A stretch of DNA of 64,000 bases from Gallionellaceae bacterium (GTDB taxonomy: Bacteria; Pseudomonadota; Gammaproteobacteria; Burkholderiales; Gallionellaceae). The notes beneath the pieces are model-generated. The model was not told the DNA's origin. It saw only the letters and a list, made by a program, of their open reading frames with translations, and made no database searches. Shown piece by piece: positions 40,549-50,570 of this stretch; within the stretch, counting starts at the first letter, position 1, and every line of letters begins with the position of its first letter. Made by a program: the position numbers and the translations under genes. The stretch spans positions 8,867 through 72,866 of the forward strand of contig JANNQM010000066.1 of the NCBI GenBank assembly GCA_031400735.1, given 5' to 3'.

Positions 40549-41655
40549 TTAGATGCGCATCGGCATCACAACATATTTGAATTCGTTGTTGCCAGGAACC
40601 GTGATCAGGATGCTGCTGTTGGGGTCGCCAAATGAAAATGTTATTGTTTGCGCTGTGACGCTGTTCAGTCCATCCAGCAAATAATTTACATTGAAACCGA
40701 TATCTAGCGCCTCGCCGTGGTAATCATTCTCCATATCTTCCTGCGCTTCTTCCTGTTCGCTGTTGTTGCTGATGATGCGCAGATTTTTTTCGGTCAACAC
40801 AAAACGCACACCACGGAATTTTTCATTCGACAAGATGGCTGCACGCTGTAACGCTTGCAGTATGGTTAGTCTATCCAGCGTCAGGTGGTTGGAATATTTT
40901 GGGACTACCCGGTCATAGTCCGGGAATTTTCCATCAATTATTTTGGAAGTCAGCGTAATGTCGGAGAAAGACATTTTTACCTGGTTTTCTGCCAGCTCAA
41001 AAGTTATTTTTTCATCCGTATCAGTTAACAGCTTGGTCAATTCGTTAATGGTCTTTCGCGGCAATATGACTTCCCGCTTGGTATAAGCCTTGTCCAGTGG
41101 TGTGCTAGTAAACGCCAGACGGTGCCCATCGGTAGCGATCAGTTTCAGTTGTTCGCCTTCGATCACCAGCAACACTCCATTCAAGTAATAACGAATATCC
41201 TGCTGGGCCATTGCATACTGCACCATGCCCAATAAATTCTTCAACTGGTTTTGCGCGACCTGGAATTTTTCTGCGTATGCGGTTTTTTCCTGAACCTTGG
41301 GGAAGTCCTGGGCCGGCAGTGTCTGCAGATTAAACCGGCTTTTATTTACTTTCACAATGAGTCGGCTGTCCTTGAGCTCCAGCGACACTTTGCTTTCTTC
41401 AGGTAACACGCGGAGTATATCCTGTAATTTTTTTGCAGCTACGGTTATTGACGCATCGGAAGAGTTTTGTGATGCATCAGTCATGTGGGTAGCGATTTGA
41501 ATTTCCAGATCGGTGGCTACGAAACGCAGCGTGGTTCCATTTTTTTCTATCAGTACATTCGACAATATCGGCAGCGGTTGTTTGCGTTCAACAATTCCAA
41601 TTACGGTCTGCAGAGGTTTGAGCAGGGTGTTTTTTTCTATCTTTTCAATAAACAT
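40549..41655 (-). CDS. dnaN: DNA polymerase III beta sliding clamp
   Basis: 368 aa, three-domain clamp, C-terminal ...YVVMPMRI. Confidence 0.95.
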   Translation of the reverse strand: MFIEKIEKNTLLKPLQTVIGIVERKQPLPILSNVLIEKNGTTLRFVATDLEIQIATHMTDASQNSSDASITVAAKKLQDILRVLPEESKVSLELKDSRLIVKVNKSRFNLQTLPAQDFPKVQEKTAYAEKFQVAQNQLKNLLGMVQYAMAQQDIRYYLNGVLLVIEGEQLKLIATDGHRLAFTSTPLDKAYTKREVILPRKTINELTKLLTDTDEKITFELAENQVKMSFSDITLTSKIIDGKFPDYDRVVPKYSNHLTLDRLTILQALQRAAILSNEKFRGVRFVLTEKNLRIISNNSEQEEAQEDMENDYHGEALDIGFNVNYLLDGLNSVTAQTITFSFGDPNSSILITVPGNNEFKYVVMPMRI

Positions 41656-41697
41656 TTTTATATATCCTTAACAATAATAATACTTGCTGTCTTATAC

Positions 41698-41706
41698 GGT
41701 GGATAA
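41698..41706 (-). promoter_or_regulatory. DnaA box (one mismatch)
   Basis: Plus strand GGTGGATAA equals TTATCCACC on the minus strand (consensus TTATCCACA). Followed by a T9 run. Confidence 0.55.
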
Positions 41707-41819
41707 CTTTTTTTTTGGTTAAATACTATTAAGTTAGAGATTTAAAAACATGTGAGCATTTGCCATTAAAGGCAGCATATAATTTGCTTGTTGTTTTGTT
41801 GCATTCCACATTTAACGGG

Positions 41820-41828
41820 TTATCCACA
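41820..41828 (+). promoter_or_regulatory. DnaA box (perfect)
   Basis: TTATCCACA, 28 nt beyond the dnaA stop, in the AT-rich dnaA-dnaN spacer. Confidence 0.7.
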
Positions 41829-41855
41829 TACCGCTGATAGATCGCTAACAGGGTT

Positions 41856-43205
41856 TTAATTACGCAAGGTTTGATTGAGCAGATTGAAATCGGTGTTCAA
41901 TGCTGAATCCAGATTGCGCAAGCCATCTATCGTCTTGCAGGCATACATCACAGTGGTATGGTCCCGCCCGCCAAATGCCGCGCCGATTTCCGGCAGGCTG
42001 AACTGGGTTAGCTCGCGTGCCAGCGTCATCGCAATTTGCCGGGGTCGGGCAATGATGCGCGTTCTTTTTTTGGAAAGCAGGTCAGAAACCTTGATACGGT
42101 AAAAATCCGCCACTGTTTTCTGGATGTTCTCAATCGAAATTTGTTTGTTCTGTGACGCCAATAAGTCCCGTAGCGCTTCTTTGGCCAGCTCTACTGATAT
42201 CGGTCGCTTGTGAAATTTAGAGTAGGCGTCAATGCGTTTTAGCGCGCCTTCCAGTTCGCGAATATTCGAGCGTACGTGCTTGGCAATGAAAAACGCCACA
42301 TCTTCACTGATCGGGTTATTCGATAACACGGCTTTCTGCAACAAAATGGCAACGCGCATTTCCAGGCCGGGCGGCTCTATGGCCACGGTGAGCCCCCAGC
42401 TAAAGCGCGAAGTCAGCCGCGGTGTCATACCGGAAATTTCCTTGGGAAAGGTGTCGCAGGTAATCACCACTTGCTTGTGGCCATCAATCAATGAATTCAA
42501 TGTATAGAAAAATTCTTGCTGGGTGCCCGGCTTGTCGGCAATAAACTGGATGTCATCGATCAATAACAGATCCAATGAATTATAAAATTGCTTGAACTCA
42601 TCAAATTTTTTGGTCTGGAAGGCACGCACGACATCAGAAATATAATTCGTGGCATGCACATAGCAAATTTTGGCATGGCTGTTCTGCTGCTTGATATGAT
42701 TGCCAATAGCCTGAATCAAATGGGTTTTCCCTAATCCCACGCCGCCATAGATGAATAACGGGTTATAGGTAGTGCCGGGCGTTTCAGCAACCTGGATGGC
42801 CGCTGAATGGGCCAGCTGGTTGGCTTTGCCGGTCACAAAATTTTCAAATGACAGCAATGAGTTAAGTTTATTTTGCCCCTTGCTGGTTTTGGCTGGAGGG
42901 GACTCCGTCAATGGCGCGGGCTCGCTGGCCAAGGCAGCTTTTTTTGCCTGTGGCTGGACCGTTTTTTTGCCTATGCGTAACTCAAAACAGGGCGGACCGG
43001 ACAGAAAGGTTTCGGCGCGCTTGGAAATCTCGGGCAGAAAACGTTCTTGAAGAAGCTTTAACGTAAAACTGTTGGGTGCCGTCAGCGTGATCTGGTCGCC
43101 GTTTATTTCGAAGGCCAGTGGCTTAATCCACGAATTGAATTGTTGTGGCGGAAGGCTGCCTTCAAAAAACTGAAGACAGGCATCCCACAGATTTTTATCC
43201 GCCAT
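41856..43205 (-). CDS. dnaA: Chromosomal replication initiator DnaA
   Basis: AAA+ GGVGLGKTHL, and DnaA domain IV (FGGRDHTTVMYA). ATG at 43205 (MADKNLWDACL) preferred over the longer ORF. Confidence 0.95.
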   Translation of the reverse strand: MADKNLWDACLQFFEGSLPPQQFNSWIKPLAFEINGDQITLTAPNSFTLKLLQERFLPEISKRAETFLSGPPCFELRIGKKTVQPQAKKAALASEPAPLTESPPAKTSKGQNKLNSLLSFENFVTGKANQLAHSAAIQVAETPGTTYNPLFIYGGVGLGKTHLIQAIGNHIKQQNSHAKICYVHATNYISDVVRAFQTKKFDEFKQFYNSLDLLLIDDIQFIADKPGTQQEFFYTLNSLIDGHKQVVITCDTFPKEISGMTPRLTSRFSWGLTVAIEPPGLEMRVAILLQKAVLSNNPISEDVAFFIAKHVRSNIRELEGALKRIDAYSKFHKRPISVELAKEALRDLLASQNKQISIENIQKTVADFYRIKVSDLLSKKRTRIIARPRQIAMTLARELTQFSLPEIGAAFGGRDHTTVMYACKTIDGLRNLDSALNTDFNLLNQTLRN

Positions 43206-43261
43206 GTTTTCGGGTGACAGTGCAAAAAATAGAATAGGCATTCTACATGCAAGGTGAAATG

Positions 43262-43270
43262 TTATCCACA
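43262..43270 (+). promoter_or_regulatory. DnaA box (perfect) in the dnaA/rpmH divergent promoter region
   Basis: TTATCCACA, 57 nt upstream of the dnaA start and 15 nt upstream of the rpmH -35. Confidence 0.7.
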
Positions 43271-43284
43271 GAGGAAAAATAAAC

Positions 43285-43313
43285 TTGACATAAGCCCCAG
43301 TAACTATTGTAAT
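43285..43313 (+). promoter_or_regulatory. Putative sigma70 promoter of rpmH-rnpA-yidD-yidC
   Basis: TTGACA (43285-43290), 17-nt spacer, TGTAAT (43308-43313). Confidence 0.5.
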
Positions 43314-43348
43314 GCCGGGTTTTCAAAGCCATTCAGGGGCACGCCAAC

Positions 43349-43483
43349 ATGAAACGCACATACCAACCATCTGTTACTAAAAGAAAACGCACCCATGGAT
43401 TTCTGGTCCGAATGAAAACCAAAGGGGGCCGTGCAGTGATTGCAGCCCGTAGAGCCAAAGGCCGCGCACGTCTTGCCGCCTAA
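43349..43483 (+). CDS. rpmH: 50S ribosomal protein L34
   Basis: Translated by hand as [44 protein letters not shown]. Absent from the ORF track because it is under 60 aa. Confidence 0.95.
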   Translation: MKRTYQPSVTKRKRTHGFLVRMKTKGGRAVIAARRAKGRARLAA

Positions 43484-43820
43484 GGTCGGACACAGCTTTC
43501 CTTCCCGTCGCCGTATAAAACAGCGCAGCGATTTTGAGCTTGCGTTGCGTGCGCCCAGCCTGACCAACCCTTGGTTCGCCATCCACCTGCGGAAAAACGA
43601 ATATGGAGTGGCCCGGCTGGGAATGATAGTCAGCAAACGAACCATCCCTGCGGCGTCGGCCAGGAACTTTGTCAAGCGTATGATTCGAGAAGCATTCAGG
43701 ACTGTTGTTGCGGCTGATCATGCATTAGATATGGTAGTTCGGGCCAAGCGCCAGATTGCACCGGAATTAGCAGAAGGGCGAGCCGCGTTAATCCGCTTGT
43801 TGCAGTCTGTGCCCAAGTGA
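43440..43820 (+). CDS. rnpA: Ribonuclease P protein component
   Basis: [29 protein letters not shown] is the RnpA RNR motif region. The start (ATG 43440 or TTG 43473) lies inside rpmH. Confidence 0.85.
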   Translation: MQPVEPKAAHVLPPKVGHSFPSRRRIKQRSDFELALRAPSLTNPWFAIHLRKNEYGVARLGMIVSKRTIPAASARNFVKRMIREAFRTVVAADHALDMVVRAKRQIAPELAEGRAALIRLLQSVPK

Positions 43821-44029
43821 TGCGGTGGCTGGCACTCAAATTGATAAGGGCGTACCAGATACTGTTTAGCCCGTTGATGGTGCCCGCTTGCCGGTTTACC
43901 CCAACCTGTTCCCACTATGCGCGTGAGGTGATCACCAAACATGGTGTGTGGCGCGGATCTTGGTTAACGATTAAGCGATTGTTGCGTTGCCATCCGTGGC
44001 ATCCGGGCGGTTACGACCCCGCGCCTTAG
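43817..44029 (+). CDS. yidD: Membrane protein insertion efficiency factor YidD
   Basis: [23 protein letters not shown]...[12 protein letters not shown] is canonical YidD. Confidence 0.9.
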   Translation: MMRWLALKLIRAYQILFSPLMVPACRFTPTCSHYAREVITKHGVWRGSWLTIKRLLRCHPWHPGGYDPAP

Positions 44030-44077
44030 TACTCTGCACCGTAGTACCGGGCGCCAAATTTATCAGGTTATGTCGAT

Positions 44078-45754
44078 ATGGATTTTCAACGCGTTTTTCT
44101 GTTTCTGATTTTTTCTTTTTCCAGCTTTTTATTGTGGGAAGCCTGGCAGCGCTCGCAGCTTCCGCCACCACCGCCTGCCGCCCAATCAACCCCACAGGCT
44201 GTTGCCCAGCCCGGCGTGCCCATTCCAACAACATCGGGCCCGACAACCTCGGCCAGCAGCCCCGGCGCAAGCAGTGTCGCCCAGACCCCTGCTCTGCCGG
44301 TGGGCAGCCAACTGAAGTCCGACCAGAAAATAACCGTTACAACTGATTTCCTGCAGGCCGAAATTAATACGGTTGGCGGGGATTTGCGCCACCTGGAGTT
44401 GCTGCGCCAATACGACAGGCTGGATAGAGCCAAGCCACTGGTGTTGTTGCAAGAGCAAGGCGCACATACCTATGTTGCCCAGACCGGGTTGCTGGGCACG
44501 GGCTTGCCCACCCACCATGCGCTGTTTACTGCGTCGGCCAGCCAATATACATTGGCGGAAGGAGTGGAGTCACTTGAAGTGCGGCTGACTTCGGTCGCAG
44601 CGGACAATGCTAAAGTAACTAAAATCTACGTCTTTCATCGCAGCAGTTATTTGATAGAGGTCAGTTATCAGATAGAAAATACCAGCGCCAGTGCGCTTAC
44701 GCCTTCGGCCTATTTCCAGTTGGTAAGGGATAAAACACCGCCCGCAGGCGATACGATGTTTGTGCCTACCTATACCGGCCCGGCTGTTTATACCGAGCAG
44801 GACAAGTTTCAGAAGGTAAGCTTTGCTGATATAGAGAAAGGCAAGGCTAAACATACTGCTACCGCCGATAACGGCTGGGCCGGCATGCTGCAACATTACT
44901 TTGTGTCGGCCTGGTTGCCCCAGGAAACTACGCAACGCGAGTTTTATACCAAGCAGCTGGAAAACGGCCTGTATTCGGTCGGCGTCGTTATGCCGATAGC
45001 GGCGATCGCGCCGGGGCAAGCCAGCAAAATAACCGTGCCGTTATATGCCGGTCCGGCCCAGGCTTCGCTGGACAAAATTGCACCGGGGTTGGGATTGACC
45101 GTCGATTATGGCTGGCTGACCATTATTGCTACCCCGATTTTCTGGTTGCTGTCGTGGTTACATGGTTGGGTGGGTAACTGGGGTGTGGCCATCATCTTGC
45201 TGACGGTGCTGATCAAGCTGGCCTTTTTCCCGCTGTCAGCGGCCAGCTACCGTTCGATGGGAAAAATGCGCGTCGTCGCGCCCAAGCTGGAAAAGATCAA
45301 GCAGCAATACGGCGATGACCGCGAGCGCCTGCATAAGGCCATGATGGAGCTGTACAAAACCGAAAAAATCAATCCACTGGGCGGGTGTTTGCCGGTGCTG
45401 ATCCAGATACCGGTATTTATTGCGCTGTACTGGGCCATCCTGGCCAGTGTGGAATTACGTTACGCACCGTTCTTTGGCTGGATTACCGATTTGTCGGCCA
45501 CCGACCCGTATTATGTGTTGCCGGTGATCATGGGCATCAGCATGTATATACAGAGCAAGCTTAATCCGACCCCTCCCGACCCGCTGCAAGCCAAGATGAT
45601 GCAAATCATGCCGATTGCCTTCAGTGTCGTGTTCTTCTTCTTCCCTGCCGGGCTGGTGCTGTATTCCATAGTCAACAATATATTGTCGATAGCGCAGCAA
45701 TGGTATATCACACGAGGTCTGGAAGCAGAGTCCAAGGGTGTCAAGAACAGATAG
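44078..45754 (+). CDS. yidC: Membrane protein insertase YidC
   Basis: 558 aa. Large periplasmic P1 domain plus the conserved C-terminal 5-TM core (GCLPVLIQIPVFIALY). Confidence 0.95.
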   Translation: MDFQRVFLFLIFSFSSFLLWEAWQRSQLPPPPPAAQSTPQAVAQPGVPIPTTSGPTTSASSPGASSVAQTPALPVGSQLKSDQKITVTTDFLQAEINTVGGDLRHLELLRQYDRLDRAKPLVLLQEQGAHTYVAQTGLLGTGLPTHHALFTASASQYTLAEGVESLEVRLTSVAADNAKVTKIYVFHRSSYLIEVSYQIENTSASALTPSAYFQLVRDKTPPAGDTMFVPTYTGPAVYTEQDKFQKVSFADIEKGKAKHTATADNGWAGMLQHYFVSAWLPQETTQREFYTKQLENGLYSVGVVMPIAAIAPGQASKITVPLYAGPAQASLDKIAPGLGLTVDYGWLTIIATPIFWLLSWLHGWVGNWGVAIILLTVLIKLAFFPLSAASYRSMGKMRVVAPKLEKIKQQYGDDRERLHKAMMELYKTEKINPLGGCLPVLIQIPVFIALYWAILASVELRYAPFFGWITDLSATDPYYVLPVIMGISMYIQSKLNPTPPDPLQAKMMQIMPIAFSVVFFFFPAGLVLYSIVNNILSIAQQWYITRGLEAESKGVKNR

Positions 45755-47075
45755 CATTGCCGCGATCGCGACCGCCTCCGGCAAAGGCGGCATCGGCGTG
45801 GTCAGGGTATCCGGATCCAATCTGGGCGAATTGGCCAAGGCTGTTCTGGGCCAGACGCCCCTCCCCCGGCAAGCCACTTATTCTGAATTCCTTGATGCCC
45901 AAGGCCTGGCCATAGACCAGGGTGTCGCGCTTTTTTTCCCCGCCCCCCATTCTTATACCGGCGAAGACGTGGTCGAGCTGCAAGGTCACGGCGGCACCGC
46001 GATTTTGCAGCTGGTTCTGCAACGCTGTCTGGAGTTGGGCGCGCGCCTGGCTCAGCCCGGTGAATTCACACAGCGCGCCTTCCTGAACAACAAACTGGAT
46101 TTGGCCCAGGCCGAAAGTGTGGCCGACCTGATAGGCGCTACCTCCAGCCAGGCCGCGCGCAGCGCGATGCGCTCGCTGCAAGGTGAATTCTCGCAGGCAA
46201 TACGCGGACTGGTCAGCGGGCTGATCCAGTTGCGTATGCTGGTCGAAGCGATGCTGGATTTCCCCGAAGAAGAAATTGCTGCGCCGGATGCCACACGCCG
46301 CGACCAGCAGCTGACCCAGCTGCAGCACGAGCTGGGCAAAATCCTTAACCTGGCGCAACAAGGCAGCCTGTTACGTGAAGGTGCGCATATCGTGCTGGCC
46401 GGCCAGCCCAACGTCGGCAAATCCAGCCTGCTGAACCGCCTGAGCGGCGAAGACATCGCGCTGGTCAGCGAAATTCCCGGCACCACCCGCGATGCGATAC
46501 GCCAGGCCATACAGATAGCGGGGGTGCCGCTGCACATCATAGACACCGCCGGCCTGCGCGAGGCGGGTGATGTGGTCGAGCAGATGGGCATTGCGCGTAC
46601 CCATGATGCGCTGCAAAAGGCCGACGCGATGCTGATATTGCTGGACGCTAGCCGCGGCATCAGCGCAGCCGACCAGGCCATTATTGCCCAGCTTCCCCCG
46701 GCCATTCCGCGCCTGTATGTTCACAACAAGATTGATCTCGTGGGTTCGCCCGCGCGCATCGAGCAGCGCGGCGAGGAGCGCCATGTTTACCTGTCGGCAA
46801 AAACCGGCGACGGCCTGGATTTGCTGCGCGACCAGCTGTTGGCACTGATCGGCTGGCACCAGGAGGCGGGCGTATTTATCGCACGCGAACGCCATGTGCG
46901 CGCGCTGCTGCAGGCGCGCGACCACCTGCAGCGCGCGGCAGGCGTGGTGCGCCAGCCCGAGCTTTTTGCCGAAGAATTGCGCCTGGCCCAGCAGGTGCTG
47001 GGCACGATCACCGGCGAATTCAGCGCGGATGACTTGCTGGGCGAAATCTTCAGCAATTTCTGTATCGGCAAGTAG
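45738..47075 (+). CDS. mnmE: tRNA modification GTPase MnmE
   Basis: DSIAAIATASGKGGIGVVRVSG, G-domain GQPNVGKSSL, C-terminal CIGK. The GTG start overlaps the yidC 3' end. Confidence 0.95.
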   Translation: MSRTDSIAAIATASGKGGIGVVRVSGSNLGELAKAVLGQTPLPRQATYSEFLDAQGLAIDQGVALFFPAPHSYTGEDVVELQGHGGTAILQLVLQRCLELGARLAQPGEFTQRAFLNNKLDLAQAESVADLIGATSSQAARSAMRSLQGEFSQAIRGLVSGLIQLRMLVEAMLDFPEEEIAAPDATRRDQQLTQLQHELGKILNLAQQGSLLREGAHIVLAGQPNVGKSSLLNRLSGEDIALVSEIPGTTRDAIRQAIQIAGVPLHIIDTAGLREAGDVVEQMGIARTHDALQKADAMLILLDASRGISAADQAIIAQLPPAIPRLYVHNKIDLVGSPARIEQRGEERHVYLSAKTGDGLDLLRDQLLALIGWHQEAGVFIARERHVRALLQARDHLQRAAGVVRQPELFAEELRLAQQVLGTITGEFSADDLLGEIFSNFCIGK

Positions 47076-47087
47076 CTAGCCAGCGAT

Positions 47088-47103
47088 TGTTTCACGTGAA
47101 ACA
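47088..47103. other. parS centromere-like site (perfect 16-bp palindrome)
   Basis: TGTTTCACGTGAAACA matches the consensus parS exactly. Begins 13 nt after the mnmE stop. Confidence 0.9.
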
Positions 47104-47182
47104 ATGACCAGGGTATTCGAGGGGCGCCATTTTTGATGTATCATGCGCGCCCTTGAGACAGCAACACAAATCGCCCAAGCCA

Positions 47183-49093
47183 ATGGAATTCCCGAAAATA
47201 TTTGACGTTATCGTGGTCGGCGGCGGCCATGCTGGCACCGAAGCCGCGCTGGCCAGCGCGCGCAGCGGGTGCAGCACATTGCTGCTGACGCATAACATCG
47301 ACACGCTGGGCATGATGTCGTGCAACCCTTCCATAGGTGGCATAGGCAAGGGACATCTGGTTAAGGAAATAGATGCGCTGGGCGGGGCGATGGCCGCCGC
47401 GACTGACCAAGCGGGCATCCAGTTCCGCATGCTCAATTCCTCCAAAGGCCCGGCGGTGCGCGCCACCCGCGCCCAGGCCGACCGCGCGTTGTATAAACAA
47501 GCCATACGCAGCCGACTGGAAAGCCAGCCTAATCTGTGGTTATTTCAACAGGCGGTAGACGATTTGCTGCTCGAGGGTGACCGGGTCAGCGGAGTGGCAA
47601 CCCAGCTCGGATTGCGCTTTGCGGCGAAAACTGTGGTGCTGACCACTGGCACCTTCCTGTCCGGGCTGATTCATATCGGACAAACCCATTACCAGGCCGG
47701 GCGAGCCGGTGATCCGCCTGCGGTCAGCCTGGCGCACCGTCTGCGCGAGCTGAATTTGCCGGTGGGACGGCTAAAAACCGGCACCCCCCCGCGCATTGAC
47801 GGGCGCACCATTGATTATTCGGTGATGACCGAACAACCCGGCGATACACCGGTGCCAGTATTTTCCTTTATCGGACGGGCTGAGCAGCATCCGCAGCAAC
47901 TGCCATGCTGGATTACCCATACCAATCAACGCACGCACGATATTATTCGTGGCGGCCTAGACCGCTCGCCGCTGTTTACCGGCGTGATCGAAGGGGTGGG
48001 GCCGCGCTATTGTCCGTCGATAGAAGACAAGATTACGCGTTTTGCCGACAAGGATGCGCACCAGATTTTTCTGGAGCCGGAAGGGCTGGCCACACATGAA
48101 GTCTATCCCAACGGTATTTCCACCAGCTTGCCGTTCGATGTGCAGCTGGAATTGGTGCGCTCGATAAAGGGCCTGGCAAACGCCCACATTACCCGCCCCG
48201 GCTATGCGATTGAATACGACTATTTCGATCCGCGCGGGCTGAAGCACTCGCTGGAAACCAAAGCCATCAACGGCCTGTTTTTTGCCGGGCAAATCAACGG
48301 CACCACCGGCTATGAAGAGGCGGCAGCACAAGGTTTGCTGGCCGGCATCAATGCTGCGCTGTATGCCAGCGAACAGCCAAGCTGGTGTCCGCGCCGCGAT
48401 GAGGCTTACTTGGGGGTGCTGGTGGATGACTTGATTACGCGCGGTGTGTCCGAGCCATACCGGATGTTTACCAGTCGCGCCGAATACCGCTTGCAGTTGC
48501 GCGAAGACAATGCCGATCTGCGGCTAACAGAAATCGGCCGCCGTCTGGGCGTGGTGGATGATGTGCGCTGGCAGGCGTTCGAGCACAAGCGCGATGCAAT
48601 CGCGACCGAACAAGAGCGCCTTAAATCTGTCTGGGTCAGCCCAAAAAATCTGGCGCAGCAAGACGCAGAACGGGTGCTGGGGAAAAAGTTGGAACACGAA
48701 TATACGCTGCACGAATTGCTGCGCCGACCCGACGTCAGCTATAGCCAGCTGATGACCTTGCCCGGCGCGGGCGTCGCACTAACCGACCAGAAGATTGCCG
48801 AGCAGGTAGAAATACAGGCTAAATATCATGGCTATATTGAGCGCCAGCGTGATGAAATCGCACGCAATGAACACAATGAAACCATGACGTTACCTGCGGT
48901 AATGGATTACCGCACAGTGCGCGGCTTGTCGATTGAGGTGCAGCAAAAGTTGAACCAGCACATGCCAGAAACCGTGGGCCAGGCGGCGCGCATATCGGGC
49001 ATCACGCCAGCAGCGATCTCTCTGCTGCTGGTGCATTTGAAGCGCGGTTTTAAGGGCCCTGCTGAAAATTCGGATATTGAAAGTGCAGCGTAA
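47183..49093 (+). CDS. mnmG: tRNA uridine 5-carboxymethylaminomethyl modification enzyme MnmG (GidA)
   Basis: [19 protein letters not shown] motif. About 636 aa from the ATG at 47183. Confidence 0.95.
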   Translation: MEFPKIFDVIVVGGGHAGTEAALASARSGCSTLLLTHNIDTLGMMSCNPSIGGIGKGHLVKEIDALGGAMAAATDQAGIQFRMLNSSKGPAVRATRAQADRALYKQAIRSRLESQPNLWLFQQAVDDLLLEGDRVSGVATQLGLRFAAKTVVLTTGTFLSGLIHIGQTHYQAGRAGDPPAVSLAHRLRELNLPVGRLKTGTPPRIDGRTIDYSVMTEQPGDTPVPVFSFIGRAEQHPQQLPCWITHTNQRTHDIIRGGLDRSPLFTGVIEGVGPRYCPSIEDKITRFADKDAHQIFLEPEGLATHEVYPNGISTSLPFDVQLELVRSIKGLANAHITRPGYAIEYDYFDPRGLKHSLETKAINGLFFAGQINGTTGYEEAAAQGLLAGINAALYASEQPSWCPRRDEAYLGVLVDDLITRGVSEPYRMFTSRAEYRLQLREDNADLRLTEIGRRLGVVDDVRWQAFEHKRDAIATEQERLKSVWVSPKNLAQQDAERVLGKKLEHEYTLHELLRRPDVSYSQLMTLPGAGVALTDQKIAEQVEIQAKYHGYIERQRDEIARNEHNETMTLPAVMDYRTVRGLSIEVQQKLNQHMPETVGQAARISGITPAAISLLLVHLKRGFKGPAENSDIESAA

Positions 49094-49113
49094 CGCGTGA
49101 GCCCCAAAAAATC

Positions 49114-49737
49114 GTGAGTCTGGCAGAATCACTAGCACAAGGTATCGCGCAACTGGAGCTGGATGTAGCTGCTGAAACTCAGCAAAAATTGCTGGACTAT
49201 GTAGAACTGCTGCACAAGTGGAACCAGACCTACAACCTGACTGCAATCCGCCAGCCGGATCAGATGGTAAGCAATCACTTGCTGGATAGCCTAGCTGTGG
49301 CACCGCACTTGTGGCCGGGGCAGTGGCTGGATGTGGGAAGCGGAGCCGGTCTGCCGGGCTTGGTATTAGCGCTGCTGCGGCCGCAATGGACGTTCACATT
49401 GCTGGACAGTAATAGCAAGAAAACCGGTTTTATGCAGCAGGCTGTCATTGAATTAGGCTTGAAAAATGTGCATGTGTGTTGCGCGCGCGTGGAGCAGTGG
49501 CAGCCGGGCGAAAAATTTGATGGGATTATTTCTCGCGCCTTTGCCGAGACAGCCGAATTCGTCACGCAAACACGCCAACTGCTGGCCGTGAACGGTGGCT
49601 GGGCGGCAATGAAAGGCGCGCCGGAGCAAGAGCTGCAGCGGCTACCGGCCGATATTAAAGTGCAGCAAGTAATACCGTTGCAGGTGCCGGGGTTGGATGC
49701 GGCGCGCTGTCTGGTGATTTTGAAAATGAAAGCTTAA
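49114..49737 (+). CDS. rsmG: 16S rRNA (guanine527-N7)-methyltransferase RsmG (GidB)
   Basis: WNQTYNLTAIR...DVGSGAGLPGL. Position after mnmG. Confidence 0.9.
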   Translation: MSLAESLAQGIAQLELDVAAETQQKLLDYVELLHKWNQTYNLTAIRQPDQMVSNHLLDSLAVAPHLWPGQWLDVGSGAGLPGLVLALLRPQWTFTLLDSNSKKTGFMQQAVIELGLKNVHVCCARVEQWQPGEKFDGIISRAFAETAEFVTQTRQLLAVNGGWAAMKGAPEQELQRLPADIKVQQVIPLQVPGLDAARCLVILKMKA

Positions 49738-49744
49738 ATAATAA

Positions 49745-50521
49745 ATGGTTAAAATTTTAGCGGTAACCAATCAAAAAGGCGGGGTAGGCAAAACCACGAC
49801 CACGATTAATCTGGCCGCCAGCCTGGCCAAGGCAAAACAGCGCGTGCTGCTAATAGACTTGGACCCACAAGGCAACGCCACGATGGGCAGTGGCATAGAC
49901 AAACGCGATTTACAGGCCACGGTTTATCACGTGTTGCTGGGCAGCAAATCACTGCAAGAGGTTCGCTTGCGCGCCGAGATTGGCGGCTATGACGTATTGC
50001 CGGCCAACCGCGATCTGGCGGGCGCCGAAATTGAGCTGGTGGATATGGATAACCGTGAAACCCGGCTAAAAGAGGCGCTGCAACCGGTGCTGGGCGAATA
50101 TGATTATGTGTTGATCGACTGCCCACCCGCGCTTAATCTGCTGACGCTGAATGGTTTGTGTGCTGCGCGCGCAGTGATGATCCCGATGCAGTGCGAATAT
50201 TTTGCTTTGGAAGGATTGAGCGACCTGGTTAACACGATACGCAAAGTTCGCGCAAATTTAAATCCCGACCTGGAAATCGAAGGCCTGCTGCGCACGATGT
50301 TCGACCCGCGCAACAGCCTGGCGCAACAGGTATCCGACCAGCTTAAACAACACTTCGGCGACAAAGTTTATCGCACGATAATTCCACGCAATGTGCGGCT
50401 GGCCGAAGCGCCCAGCTATGGCAAGCCGGTGCTGTATCACGACCATCTATCCAAAGGCACGCAAGCCTATCTGGCTCTGGCCGACGAAATGCTCGGCTCG
50501 CCACAACCCGTGCCAGTTTAA
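49745..50521 (+). CDS. parA: Chromosome partitioning ATPase ParA (Soj)
   Basis: Deviant Walker A NQKGGVGKTTT. 258 aa. Confidence 0.93.
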   Translation: MVKILAVTNQKGGVGKTTTTINLAASLAKAKQRVLLIDLDPQGNATMGSGIDKRDLQATVYHVLLGSKSLQEVRLRAEIGGYDVLPANRDLAGAEIELVDMDNRETRLKEALQPVLGEYDYVLIDCPPALNLLTLNGLCAARAVMIPMQCEYFALEGLSDLVNTIRKVRANLNPDLEIEGLLRTMFDPRNSLAQQVSDQLKQHFGDKVYRTIIPRNVRLAEAPSYGKPVLYHDHLSKGTQAYLALADEMLGSPQPVPV

Positions 50522-50570
50522 TTCGAAAGTTTAATTCCCCCGCGCAAAAATAAGTTAGGAAAGTACGACA

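Noticed and set aside
47076-47182. mnmE-mnmG spacer as an E. coli-style gidA-linked oriC
   Set aside because: It is only 107 bp, has no DnaA box and is not AT-rich. Its only notable element is the parS site.
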